Assembly: GCF_964355755.1 (NCBI RefSeq)
Contig: NC_092674.1
Location: 10,664,001 to 10,728,000, forward strand
Origin: Antedon mediterranea
Taxonomy: Eukaryota; Animalia; Echinodermata
Reading direction: 5' to 3'
Length of the DNA: 64,000 nucleotides
The notes below the pieces were generated by a model. That model saw only the letters and a list, made by a program, of their open reading frames with translations, was not told the origin of the DNA and made no database searches. Both the position numbers and the translations under genes were made by a program. Positions 1 to 13,500 of the stretch are shown one piece after another; the first letter of the stretch is position 1; each line of letters begins with the position of its first letter.

Positions 1-543
1 TATTTACAAACTATTATATAAGTGTAAACAATAATATTAATAGTGAAGAAAAACGTTCAATGTTGCCAGACGTAGATGGATATCAACAAGCGATTTGGAG
101 TATATTTGTATTTATATAGTACAAACAAAACGAAAATCAATGATAGATTTACAAGTAAAGAATAAAGTAAATCCCAATAACAATGAGAATATGTAACAGA
201 TATGTGAGAAGCTATTAACAAGGGTAAATCATGCGTGTAGCATTGTGTTAAATTACCTATAGCAATGCACAGCTAAAGTAAAAGGAATCTTGTTTGTCAT
301 TATACAACTAACGAATGCATATTAATTACATAGTGGGATTTGCGCAGTTTAGATAGAAATAGCCATCGAGATGTATTTTAGAATATATTGTTGAATATAA
401 ATTACTTTCTTATGCTATAAATAAATATAGGTCTTAAAAACATTTTTATTTATTCACAAAATGTTAGCAGTCCAAATTAAAGGGTGGCCTTTACGGCTCA
501 GTTGCTGTACTCATCAATCATACTTGAGTGAGATATTTCCCTA

Positions 544-689
544 AAGCTCTGTCTACACTATCAAAGTAGTCTAACAAAAAAAGTGTGATGTGCGCAAATA
601 TGGTAGTGTAGTGATAAGATGACATCAGGTCCATATACGAGTACATAACATTTTTTTGTCACATAAAGTTTGATAGTGTAGACAGAGTA
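544..689. mobile_element. ~150-bp hairpin MITE, family A (TIR AAGCTCTGTCTACACTATCAAA), TA-flanked
   Basis: aagctctgtctacactatcaaa ... tttgatagtgtagacagag, plus an internal inverted pair gtgatgtgcncaaatatgg / ccatatnnnngnacatnac. At least six other copies occur in the window. Confidence 0.85.
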
Positions 690-741
690 TAAGATAATAG
701 AGTTGTATAATTTTGGCCTAGTAGATTGTTTCAAGCACATT

Positions 742-3700
742 TTAAGTATTTACCCCTGGCATTCTGATCTCTCTCTCAGGCATCTGCGACATCCTCATTC
801 CAGTAAACTGGTTAGACAGATGTTCCTCATTCACTATATTAGTTGATCCTAAAGTGAAAAACACATTCACATTAAAATGCATTCTACATGAAACATGGGG
901 AAATTATATGTTTCAACATTATAGTCATCTCTATTCCCTATCAGACACCCATTTAGGGATAATTCGTTGTGTCCAAAAGACGTTCAATTAATAGGGTTCT
1001 ACTACATCTTTATCAGACATGGTCTTCTTAAATGACTATAATGTAAAATTTGGCCTTTGATTAAAATCACTAATGTACAACATCACACATTCACAAACAT
1101 TGATTACAATAATGTAAACAATAATCAAATTATACGATCCTAATTATTTCAGTCCATCCATCTATCCAAGTATCCTTGTATCAATTTTCTTTTGCATATT
1201 CTAATTATATCCATACTAGATGCATAATGAGCCAAATGTTATCAAGTTAATGCATCAAGTATCAAGGGATTAAACAAGAAAGCAACGTAGGACTAATAAC
1301 TACGTGGTTCCGGTTGAATGATTTCATTGTAATATTTTTTGCTTCAAGGCATACTGTATGGAAGATTTGTTAATAGAGAGGTTTCGCAATCTTACGAATA
1401 CGATAACGAAAACGTCACGCACACGTATTCGTCTTCGTAAGCCATAAAAAAATCTGTTTCGCATGGCAACGAAATATTGAGGCGCGTCCAAAATATTCAG
1501 CGAAAAATTTCATTTAACAATTTTGTTTAGCAATATTGTTAATCAAACTGATTTTTGAGTAGAGAAACATAGTGTTGTATTGTATTTTTTGCTACACAAT
1601 TTCAGAAATGTGTAGCAATAAGGTTGTTTTGTATAGCTTTTTGCTATGCTACACTGGCGAAAATGTTCCCTGCACTGCGGTAAATTTGAGCGAAGCGCAG
1701 GTACGTGTTGCTTGGTGCTTGGCTGCCTAGGCCTAGCGTAACATCAAAGCGAGTGAGGACTTTAAAAACTGCTATTTATCAAAATTGACTTGGCATTTTA
1801 GTAAATTACTTTAGTAAATTACTTTCAATAAATCTATAATTATATTATAATCATGAATCATTCCTGATTCAAATGCAAAATCATAATGTGCAAAATCGAT
1901 CAAAAACTATACTCGTTTTGTAGTTACGAATATGACTGGTGATATTCGTCAACACGAATACGCTTTACGAATATGAAATGGGGATCAGCTCAAAAGTTTC
2001 ACAAATGTATGACGTATCCGTTTTCGTTATCGTATTCGTAAGGTTGCGAAACCTCCCTAATATCATTCTTGAGTAAACCTCAAAAGAAGTGCAGTTATCA
2101 ATTGACAGAAATCAAATATATGATCAATATATAAAACCAATCACTATATAAAGAGTAAAACTCCAGATTTGGGACAAAGGTGTTGTGCTTAATAGGTCAA
2201 CCATGGAGGTATAATTAAATGGGTCAACCAAATCAAATGTTAAAAATTACCTTAAAATTTGGTGTGACCTTATCATGTAATTTGTGGATTATGAGTTACA
2301 ATCAATTTTGTAATTGAACAATTTTTACTCTGGGGAATTAGCTTAGACGGTATTGGTTGGTTCCCACTAGAGATGCAACAAATGGACGTAAGCACAACAT
2401 ACAATGGATTATTCAAACTATGTTCAACCTTTCCCTTGTTACATCCTTTTGTTGCGTCTATCCTATTCAAGTTTTGTTTTGTATCATAATATAGTATTGT
2501 GTTTTTCTAGGTTGCCAAAAACCAAAAGCTCTCTATGATTTCTACTGTACTGTACATACCTATTGTAGATGGCATAAATATTGATGGATCTCGTGGCATT
2601 GGTTCTCCTCCTCGAGAAGGACTTGGATGCGTGTTCTAAAAAAGAGAAGAGACTGCAGTACAACTATAAGAGCAGGCATGTTTGCAATGTAAACCACACA
2701 ATTTGATTGATCTATGATCTGTTCTTTGTTGTTTAAGAATATTTGTATTGGTTATTTGAGGCGCTTTGAAGCTAAGGTGGAATCACCTTGTGAGATGCCT
2801 ACAAAAATATTGAATGAAAATAAAAAAACACCACACTATGACCTTTCGCTTTCGCTAACCGACACTAGACTACGCGCTGTCATTCAAATAGTCATTAACA
2901 TGAGGCTCACTCTGCGACGATTCTATTGAACTTTCATGTTTAAAATACGGTTTTAGGTCACAAGAATCAAGCAACCAGTGTCTATGGAATGCATCTGTGA
3001 TCCGTGACAATCGGATAGACATTTTAAACATCCGCCAATCCATCCAACAAGTAATGGGAAATTAATTACTTATTAGCATGTTTTCACATTACAGTGTATT
3101 AATTGCCAATGTGAGTTATTGACTCGCGATACCAAACCAGAAATTGAGCATGATCTAACACCTCACTTGCAAACTTAAAATTGTGACAGCTTCACCAACT
3201 ATGCACAATTTAGAAACTGAATATTTAGGTACATCTCATCACTTAACCCTTTCACTGCGGAGCATTATTCCCACCTCTGTGCGTAATGTATATTTAAGAA
3301 AAACATATGGTATTTTAATAAATTGCAAAAAAATACTAATTGAGATAATTGTGTAATTATTTTTGTGGTGTGTGATGGGCAAAGGGTTAGTCTACAGTTA
3401 GGTATAAAAAAAAATGTAATTTGCATATTGATGACGTCATGTGACGTCATTACAGGTATTTTGGATTTCGTAATTTTTATCGAATCAATGATAAAAACTA
3501 TATTTTCTATAAGAAATTCTTATGGAATACGTTTTTCCAACTGGATATTGATAAAGATACGTATAACAAATAAAAATATAAAAAAAAATTGAATTATTTT
3601 TATTATTTTATAAAAATTATGCACAAATCAAAGTTTTGGGGCAAAATCGTGAAAATAATGACATTTCCCAAAAATTCACTATAGTACAAAACTAACTATT

Positions 3701-6700
3701 GTTTCAGAATTTTTTTTTTTTGCGTGTTGTGATAAACACAATGTTGCCCTATTGGGGCTGGTAAATTTTGGTTACTTTCAAAATGGCCGCCATTACGCTA
3801 CTCAAAACAACTTTCTAAGATAGAATACTATTATATACACTATACTATATATAATATAACTATAGAGGGCGCATGATTTTCAAGACAATAATACAGCTAT
3901 AGAGGGTTGTTTTTTTTGCTGGAAAATTTTTTTAATGACTTGCAAAAATATTCAAGTTCATCGAACAAATATAGAGGGTGCTATATATTATAGGCAAATA
4001 CGATTAAATCATTGTTTTGCCCATACCCGGTATTACCGGGTATACGCACTTCAACGACGTTTGTTTATACCCGGTAGTACCGGGTATACGCAGTGAAAGG
4101 GTTAAAACCGTAAAAAATTTAATTTTGATTTGATCTAATTAATTTTAGCATCGATATTAACAAGTTATTTCTCTATGGTTGTAGTGTGATAATGGATAGA
4201 AAAAGCATTTCCGTAAATTAACTAAAACTCTAGATTTTGGTATTATTTTATTTTCTGCAACAATTCAACCTTACTGCGTTAATACAAAAATGAATTATTG
4301 GGATAATGCCATTAGTGTTGGTAGCCTATGAATACTTAATTGCAATGACTTGTGCATATTTACAAACAGCTTTAACATGTTCCTAATAGGAATCACAGAA
4401 AGAAATGAATTGCTTGCCACATGCAGGTGTCCATATGCTATTTTTAGCATAATAATAGAACATGTTTTTTTAACATTATTTTATTGGTAGTTCTAGCTTT
4501 GTGAATATCCGTAACCTAAATACATATGTGTTGGGTTGACAAAAAAATGTAGTATGCCCAAATATGGCAGTGGTACAGTATGATGTTGTCGTGACCATAT
4601 ACGGGCACATCACATTTTGTTGTCATCTGATTTTATTTATTCGACATTATGTCCTCGGACCCCAAAAGCAACAGAGTCACCATAACATGAAATATTTAGG
4701 GCCCCAGAAGAACTTTGATATTATAGACAGAGCTTTACTTTTTAACTAAACTGAATTTATAAAACAAAAAGATTCTTGCAATTATCTAAAAATACTCTTT
4801 ATACCCAACTGGATAGTGAACTACAGGGACTTCTCAACACGACCCCCTTATATTTTAACATACTTGGATTGTATAAGAATGTGCTGGCCTAGATGTGCAT
4901 GGCGGAGTGGGTGCTGTGTAGTGGTCAGTATGATGTAGCAACATTGTGTGGTCCCTTTACATAATCATTTTTTAGCTGGCTGTAATTTAATTAGAGTTCA
5001 CTATCTAGTCTTTGGTTTGAAAAGGTTTGTTTACATTAGTTCTGTTAATTATAGGATATCACAAAGTGTACCTGCATTAAATGCTGAAACTTGCTTGTTG
5101 TCCGGCTTGAAATTTCTCCATTAAACGGGCCGGTGAAAAGGTCCGGCGCTATCATCATTTGGTCCACTAAAACAAAACATTTGAAAGTTTCAAAACTTTT
5201 CTTATTATAAAATCATTTTTAAATTAAACATTTAATATTAGCAATGCCAAGCTTTCGTTTAGGATGCTAGATGAAAGACACAGCTAACGACAGTGACGAG
5301 TAAAAGCATGCATTCTGTCAATGTTACAGACCGTAGCGAGAGGTTATAAACAGACCAGGCAAATATGCTTTAAATATAATTATTAATATATATGACGGAT
5401 CTGTGCTGGGGAAATGGGGTGGTAAAAATTAAAAATTTCAGATGAGGCGAGGACTTTGTCTGCCTTATGCTGGCTACGGCCCTGACTGTCATGGTCTGTT
5501 ACAATTATCATTCCTTCATCTACTATCCCAAAATTAAAGCTTGGAAAGAACAATAAGCGACTTCGATAACTACAGAGGGCGCCATATTTACAAGGTCAAT
5601 TGGGATAAAAATATCCATCTAGGCCCTAGCGCGGTGATGTGAGTTTGCATCGTCGCGCTAGCCTCGGGCCTAGATGAAACTTTTGTTCCGATTGACCTTG
5701 TAAATATGGCGCCCTCTGGAGTTATCGAAGTCGCTTACTGGGAAAATGAGTAAGTCATATTTTTGTGGAAAAGGGTAAAAAAACAAAACATAAAATAATG
5801 ATACATAAATAAATTCCTCCCTACTGTCCTGTAAACATAAATTGTGTTTATTCATAGCACAATAAGGGTGGTCTATTGTTATTGTACTTGTGTCATATGG
5901 TATCTGACACAAGATAGTAGTATGTGATTGAAATGAAACTGATAATTTTTAATGTCAACAGAGAATTAGAGGAAATATATATTACTGAAATATTTTGTTG
6001 AAAATTTATTGTTATAAACTCACAGTTCATTCCTGGATTCATGTTGAATGTTGACAATTCACTTCTTATTTTATTCTTGGCCTATTATTAAAAGAAAACC
6101 ATAACATTATTTTTTCGGCAAAAATTTCATCTTTGAACGGAAAAGGTTTTTAAAAAAATGAAACACCAATATACAGTACAAAACTACAAAGATTCTATAT
6201 GCAGTACTACTCAGACGTTAGTAGCGATTTATGAATGTTATGGAGTATGAAAAATATATATACCAAATAATGTTCAATTTTTATATTAAAACTAAAATAT
6301 GTTTTATAATTTTAATTTGCATAAATGAAACCAAAAAATGTTAGCATGTATTATTTATTTATTATTGTACATTAAATTACTAATATTAATATTATAATAT
6401 TATTAACCTACAATTTTCTACCATAATATATTATTAGAAACTCAAATCAATTAGCCGAGTTAGGCTACCAATACCATGTTTTAAAAAAAGTATTACCCTC
6501 AAGTTAATTAATTTATTGTTAAAATGTTTTCATCATATGTTGTACTGTATTCGATTGGGAACTTTCGTTGTCAACGTAAAGATTCGTTGAGTACTTTTTG
6601 TATTTGAATTGTAAATTTGTGCTCAACAGAAATTCATTCGAATAGAAAACGTTGACAACGAAAGCTTTTTCGTTAAGAACAATCTCAACGCTCAAAATAC

Positions 6701-7050
6701 TCTGTTAAAAAGTACTCAACGGAAAAAGTACTCAACGGTCCACTCGAATACGACAATACACTCTCTCTAGGCTTATATACAGTAATAATGTAAGAATTCT
6801 CATTATTTTTTGTCCTCAAAATTCCTATTTATTATAATTATACTCGTACTGTATTACAAAGTAATGTATTTTGTATTCATTTTGCACAACCTAGCCTAAA
6901 ATTAAAGATGAGGACTGTAAAGTCTTCTCAGTTCAGCTGTTTATAGTTGAGCTGTAAATCTCCCACCCACTCACTCATATTAGTCCTCACACAGTACACA
7001 CAACACACAGTGAAGATGCAGCAGGCTGTGTATTCGTTCCCAACCTCCAT
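742..7050 (-). CDS. Tentative 4-exon gene for a small (~117 aa) protein with an N-terminal Cys cluster, divergent from GCNA
   Basis: Exons 7050-6975, 5166-5072, 2635-2560 and 848-742 have GT/AG ends and compatible phases (1,0,1). Start context is caaaATGG. Translation: MEVGNEYTACCIFTVCCVYCVRTNMMDQMMIAPDLFTGPFNGEISSRTTSKFQHLMQNTHPSPSRGGEPMPRDPSIFMPSTIGSTNIVNEEHLSNQFTGMRMSQMPEREIRMPGVNT*. No family recognised. The last exon could instead splice at 754. Confidence 0.42.
1375..2058. mobile_element. Non-autonomous TIR DNA transposon with 3-bp TSD (AAT), PIF/Harbinger-like
   Basis: ~40-bp TIRs agagaggtttcgcaatcttacgaatacgataacgaaaacg / cgttttcgttatcgtattcgtaaggttgcgaaacctccct, with aat on both flanks. 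No ORF. Confidence 0.8.
3247..4101. mobile_element. Non-autonomous piggyBac-like element
   Basis: TTAA|ccctttcactgcg ... cgcagtgaaaggg|TTAA. CCC/GGG termini with a TTAA TSD are piggyBac hallmarks. Two subterminal palindromes atacccggtantaccgggtat lie at the right end. Confidence 0.88.
4530..4736. mobile_element. Degenerate family-A MITE with a nested retroposon 3' fragment (about 4630-4705)
   Basis: gcccaaatatgg ... ccatatacgggcacatcac ... tagacagagctt. The internal ttcgacattatgtcctcggacccc ... ccataacatgaaat segment recurs at 27325-27400. Confidence 0.6.
5551..5740. mobile_element. ~190-bp foldback (near-palindromic) MITE with CA...TG termini
   Basis: caataagcgacttcgataactacagagggcgccatatttacaaggtcaat pairs with attgaccttgtaaatatggcgccctctggagttatcgaagtcgcttactg, and pairing continues to the centre. 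Confidence 0.8.
6542..6760. mobile_element. Degenerate MITE with internal cgttga/tcaacg inverted motifs
   Basis: tgtattcga(t)tgg at the left versus ccactcgaatac at the right; cgttgagtactttt versus aaaagtactcaacg (twice). Confidence 0.5.
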
Positions 7051-7530
7051 TTTGATCTCACTAGCTTAGCAAAAGATGTGCATTGAATTTACCGCTTGTA
7101 TACTTAACTGTTCTGACTTTTAAACCTTGACAGACTTATCAAAATATTCAACTATTTCTTCGTATTGCAAACAAACATATTTAACAAATATGTTTTCTTT
7201 CTGAACCACCATAAAATAATTGCAAACATTTGCGGTCCATATTTTCTCAAAATATAAAAGGGGGTTTCCTTTCTGGTCAAATTGTTTTCATTGGTGGTAA
7301 TCTATATGCGTGCGCATATATATAGTGTATTTATTATATATTATAATTTGTCTATAAACAAAAAATATCAACATAAATACTACAAGAAAATAATAGTAGT
7401 AACATAAAATATTTATAAATATATGTTTTTCCAATTATCACTAATTTATTTTAACTAAAATAATCAAGTAGTAAAATAAATTTGTTCAATCAATCCCATC
7501 AGACACTTGGATGACAGCGGTAATTTCAAA
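7051..7530. promoter_or_regulatory. Putative bidirectional promoter between GCNA and the divergent small gene
   Basis: 480 bp between two caaaATGG starts. NRF1-like tgcgtgcgca near 7307-7316. Depends on the minus-strand model being real. Confidence 0.4.
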
Positions 7531-10500
7531 ATGGCTGCTGAAGGTTGTAAAACAAAAAGAATTACCACCGAATTAATAATAAGTGATGAAGACGATGATG
7601 GTGAAATCAATGCTTTATTTAATCGCGTAGCAAGTAAATTGGGGTGGCTTGAAGAGCAGATTAATTTTCAGGTAAAAACTGTATAAATTTAATAAGCTAG
7701 GCCTAGGTCTAGGCTAGGCTGGCTTATAAGTTACATCCCCTCCTTCCTACCTTTCTTCCTGTCAGTGAAGTCCCTGCTGTGGGTACGGAAGACTAATGCT
7801 AGTCTAGCTAGTGGTTCATATAATTGACTAGGCCTAAGCTAGCTAGGCCTAGGCCTATATTAATATTAATATTATTTTGATATTATTTAACCAGCCAGGA
7901 TAACTGACAAATTTACAAATATTAAAAATCAGGAGGTAGGACCGTAGTAGTAGTAGGCCTAGCCTAGGCCTAGGTGTATTTTTCAGCCAACAAATACAAT
8001 TGGCAAAAACTTTCTCCATCTCTACCAGATGATGACAATGACATTCATACACATGGTGTCTGAAGAATTTTGCTGTATGTAATGTGTAAGCCTACTAAAA
8101 CTAACTTGCAAATAAAGTTTAAATTACTGAATTATTCCTAAATTATTTTTTTAGGATTGCAACAGAACCGGTAAAAAGAAGACAAAAACATGCAGCAGTA
8201 GGAGAAAAAAGAAGAAAGAAACCAGCAAAGAAAATGCAGATTCTAATAATTTAAAAGTTGAAAGTATCAAAAAGAAACCAAAAAGTCAAACTACTAAATC
8301 AAAGAAAAAAATAAGGCAAAACGATTCTATAAATTGTGGAGAAAACAGTGTGCTTACTCCTTTAAATACATCTAAGGATAAACTTGATCATCAAACAGAT
8401 ACTAATTCCATTAAGATTAGTTCAATTGAGGATAATAATGATGAACCTAATCCTATCACTGCATCTACCTCAAATCAAAAATATTCATTTTTAGATACCG
8501 ACTCTGGTGGTATTAATTATCTTTTAGACCAGGACCTGGATGACCTTTATCAAGACAGTTTTTCACCACTACCAAATGTCAAGATTAATCATTCAGCCGT
8601 AAAAAGCGTGGCGACTCACCTGACTTTCTCCTGTTCAGGTAGCCCTTTCAATGATGATGGCGCTCCAAGTCCTCCCACCGTTGCCACGGCATCATTGCAC
8701 AGTTCTATAAAAAATATAAGCAAGGAACAGAGAGTTAGTGATGCAAATTCTGTTTATGTTAGTGAGGGACAAAATATAGATGAAAATATATTTTTGGACA
8801 ACAATCTCAGTGACAGTGATCTATTTGATACTTCAGTTACAAATGATTTTAAAGAAAGTAGAAATGAAGATATTGAATCAGCAGAAAAGGAATACATCAC
8901 CATTAAAAGTAATTCACCAGTTAAAGAATTTTTAGCAGACGACAAATTCACAGACTCCCCAGATCCCATGAATTGGATTCTGTCACCGACGTCAACAAAC
9001 AAAAAAACAAATCAACCAATCATAATATTGGATAGTGATTCCGATGATGACGATGTTAAAGAAGTTCAAAGTCTCAAAGATCGATTAAAACAGAATTGGA
9101 AGCAAACGTCAGTAGAAGTAACGAAAGACAAGAAGCATGTGACTAAGACAACTTACAGGTTTGTTGAAATGAAAGGAGTAATGTGCTGGAGTTGACTCTA
9201 GTTATAATAATAACTCTATGGTTATTACCAAATCTGCTAATCCCAAAATGATCCCTGTTACTGTAAATATTTTTATGCTGAAACAGTTTTGATAAATTTT
9301 TATTTAATGTATTTCTAACTTTCTGTAGTAAACAATGTCTTTCATGAGTTTCAGCTCTTTGTTAAAGATGTATTGTCCCTTGAAACACAAAAAATGAAGG
9401 TCAAAATATTCTAAATTTAAATTGGCCATATCAAAGTAACATTAAAGTTATTCACTTTAAGTCGAAAATTCAAGCCAAAAACAACAAGTTTAGGTAATTA
9501 ACAGGTAAATTAATTTGATTACATTTTGTCTGGAAAATCATCGCGAGCGAAAGTAAACAAAGATTTCAAACCACGAGTATGCATTATGCATGATACTGGT
9601 TAGAATTGTTTACAACTCGTCACGAGTTGAGAAGGTGTTTTCACACAGATCGCGAGAAAGTTTTGTGATTATGCATACAGAGTAGCCAAACAAGCTCGTT
9701 GCATTATGAGATATGTTTTGATCGAAAACTTTGACTGGAAGTCAAAGTTATTTTTTTAACAAAAAAACGTCTGTATTTCAGTTAAATGATTTTTTTTTCT
9801 ACTAATTTTTGGTGAAAGTTAATAACTATTATGATACTTCAAAATGACTTACTCTTTTTCAAAATCTTTTTTTAAAATTATTTTGGAATTAGTCAATAGG
9901 ACAATACATCTTTAAGCTATTACGGTTGCTGCAAAGTCGTGCAATCTATCATCACTACACTACTGTATATTCAAATGTCAAAGAGAAAAAAAATATAATA
10001 TATATTGTTTTTTACAGGAATTTTTCAGCCGTGTTGGATAGTAGTAGTGAAGATGATTTTGAATCATGTAAGTACAAAAACAAAAGATATGAATTAAATG
10101 TGATCAGTCAATCATCGAGTGGCAAAAATCCTCAAAATGTCACAAAAAGCTGAACGTGCATTATACACTATACACTAAGGGCTAATTCGAAATGACATGT
10201 GATGCGTAATTGACCAATCAATTGCAATAATGATATGATGTATTAGTAGGATAATTTATTATTTATAATCTGTTGCAGTGAACCCTTCTCAATGCGCAGT
10301 TGACTAAATGTCATAAACAACTTTCATCTCCCTCCCAAAACCATTATCGGTGGTGTGATGACTAATACACCAGATAACATGTTACCCTTACAAAGATGAA
10401 CACAAGATGTGTACACTGAGCCCAGGGCTAACACTAGAGGTTTGATGTACTCTCTCCTCAACCATTATTCTGATGGCTAAACAAGTCTTCTCAGATAAAG

Positions 10501-13500
10501 GCTATCTGAGAAGACTTGTTTTAGCCAATCGAATAATGGTTGAGGAGAGTCCTAAATTTGTGACAATTTTATGACTATGAATTTCAGCACCTCTGTATAA
10601 AAACCGCTCCTTAAAAAATTCAATATTCTCAAACAACCTTACTTACTTACTCTTAACCATGCGAAATAAGCGTATTTTTAAAATTATTTTCATGAATGCA
10701 TTACTTTTCAGTTCTTGACAGCATTAGGACTCCAAGCAAGGAACTAAACTTCAACCAAACTGACATCAAGAATGACAGATTTATAAACGATGATTTAAGT
10801 TCAAGTGATGACGACAAATATCTTCATACACGTTTGTTACAAAATGATAAGATATTCAAATCAAACGTAAGAGGATAGATTGGCATTAGAATTAAACAGT
10901 CGTATATCTTATATTAATTTTAAAAGTAACTGATCCAAGTTAATTATTTAGGAACATAGATATTAGAGAGCTTTCGCTGTCTCGATCGGGAAATGGTACA
11001 CCAAGAAAAGCTCAACTTTTTGTGTGTGACGTCACTGGCTTAGAGGTTGTTTGACTGATCCTATTCCCTCAGGCTTTGTGAATGAAATTATTTATTTATT
11101 AATCAACATTTTTGTTTTGACGTTATCACATTTTTATTTTCTTTTAAGTTCTGTTATTTATTTGTTGATTTCGTAGCTTAAGTTAGTTAAGATAAAAGGT
11201 AACAAGCTTGATTAGCTTCGGCTATATCTTGGCTACCTTTTGTATTGAAATTGTTTTTGTTTGATACAATAAAGAAGAAGAATCTATTTGGACATATCAC
11301 TACCATATTTGGGCACATACACTTTTTTTGTCAAACTAGTACTATTGGTTTGATATCGATGTTACAGCAGTTAATATAGGCCTACTGTTTCTATCAGGTT
11401 TCACCTAATGGCTTGTGTGCTTGGCCTCATTACAGTTGAGTCTGAGATACACTGAGACATTCTTACCAACGACTTTCTTGGGTTTGGTTCTTCGTTTAAT
11501 CGCCAACAGCACAATACACAAATACACAATACAAATTATTATATTCATTTTTCTTTTATTTCAGAAAAAGACTAAGAAAGCTTTTAAATCATTTAATGAT
11601 GATGATGATGATACAGGTAAAATACAGTTGTTTTTTTATTCTATTATTATTTAGAAGCTATTGGCCATTATTGTGGACAGTTTTTATATCCCAAAGAAGT
11701 TCTTATATAGTCAGTGGCGTAACACAGGTGGAAAAGAACCCTGGTTTAGCACCCTAACTAAGATGGGCCCTGCAACGCAGGTGCTGCTCATGCACTAGGG
11801 CTCCTTAAGCTCTTACTCTAGAAGAGACTAGACTAGAATTCAAAACTCTAAAAAAACCGGACTATTCTCAACATCTCTCTTTTAATCTACAGAAACGTCA
11901 TGGTTCTATCATACTGTACATTTGAAGATATTTTCAGTGATTTCCGTGACAAATTATTCATATTAGATTGGCCGACTTTCTACAAGAGCCATGTCTTAAG
12001 CTCTGTCTAGACTATCAAACTAAATGCAAATTGCTTAAATAAGGTAGTAATATGATATCATCGTATCTATGGGCACATCACATTTTTTGTCACTTATAGG
12101 TTAATAGTGTAAACATAGCTTTAAACGGTCACCCAAATTTAGGTTTATAGATGAATCATTATTTTTCTAAAAACAAAATTAATTTTCTTTATTAGATGAT
12201 TCTGTGTTCAAGACGCCCATCAGTATTCCTACGCAAAAAAATATCAAGTCAAAGCCCAGCATCAGTTCTAGCAGTACCTTCAAGAAACCTACTAACACCA
12301 GTACATCAACCTCTTCTTTATCCAACTATCAAACAAACTCTATTCCGATCTCTGCCTCCTTCAAAACACCTGTAACAAAGTTCTCAAGTACTTCATTCCT
12401 TAGATCTCTGAGTACTCCTTATAAGGGCACGTCTTCTCCCTCACCATATGTTAACAATTTTAAGAGTACGCGAGATGAATTGATAAAGAAACTGTTCACT
12501 CTATACAATGATACAGTGTTTGATAATAAGGTAAAGGGATCATGTTAAAAATATTCTACAGTAACTGCAATAATACATTTTTTATTGTAATAACATATAA
12601 TTTTAGTTGTTTAAATGTACACGTTTATGACGCTACGATTTACAGTGTGTATATAATATAAGTACAGAAAAATAGATTGATAAATATTTTATAAACATTA
12701 TGAGTATTTATAAACAAATGTAGCTACTGCGAACAAAAGTGTAAGCTTACATGCAAAAACCACTGAACCCTAATTATAGAAAATATTTATTTGCACTTTC
12801 TTTAGGTTCAGACTTACATTTTAAGCTGGGTTCATACTTGTTGTCTGAACAAGGCCATGTGTTATGCAGTAGACAGTTGTTTGGCGTCAAACCTGATAAA
12901 GCCTTTTTGATGCAATAATCACAACTGCGATCACTTAAAATGCCCTGAGTCTGAACGTAGCCTTGTTATGAGATTGTATCCACTTTCATACTTGTTTTTT
13001 TTATAACAAGTCTTTCATTTTTTTAGTTACCATCTGATTTTAAGATAACATGGAACAAACGCATGCGCAAGACTGCTGGCTTTTGTTACTACAGTCAAAA
13101 CCGTAGCAAAGGTGAACGCTACTCAAGAATTGAGCTTTCAGATAAAGTTTGTGATTCAGCAGGTAAGTGCTAGATTTACAATAGATATAATAATACACAA
13201 ATAGGTTTGTGAGTGCAGTGGTACAAAGATGGTTATATTTCCACCAGTCACATTTGCTGTTTTATCCTAAGTCTCATTTGAGGCTTTAGGAAGTGGAGTT
13301 GAAAGAGTCATGAGTTACAACCTTGGTACTAGTTCAGGATTGAACCCTGGATCTTAGGATTGGAAGGCAATCATGTTAACCACCAAGCTACAGATCCACT
13401 ACAATATTATATATATATGATTACAGTCGCACAATGTAATTTTATTTTGTTCGCAATTTGTCAACAGAACGATTACGAGACACTTTAATACATGAGTTAT

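Noticed and set aside
790-848. Faint resemblance of VNEEHLSNQFTGMRM to the EENMATHFSQLSL motif of HCFC1R1/HPIP
   Set aside because: Too short and weak, and the rest of the peptide does not support it, so no gene name was assigned.
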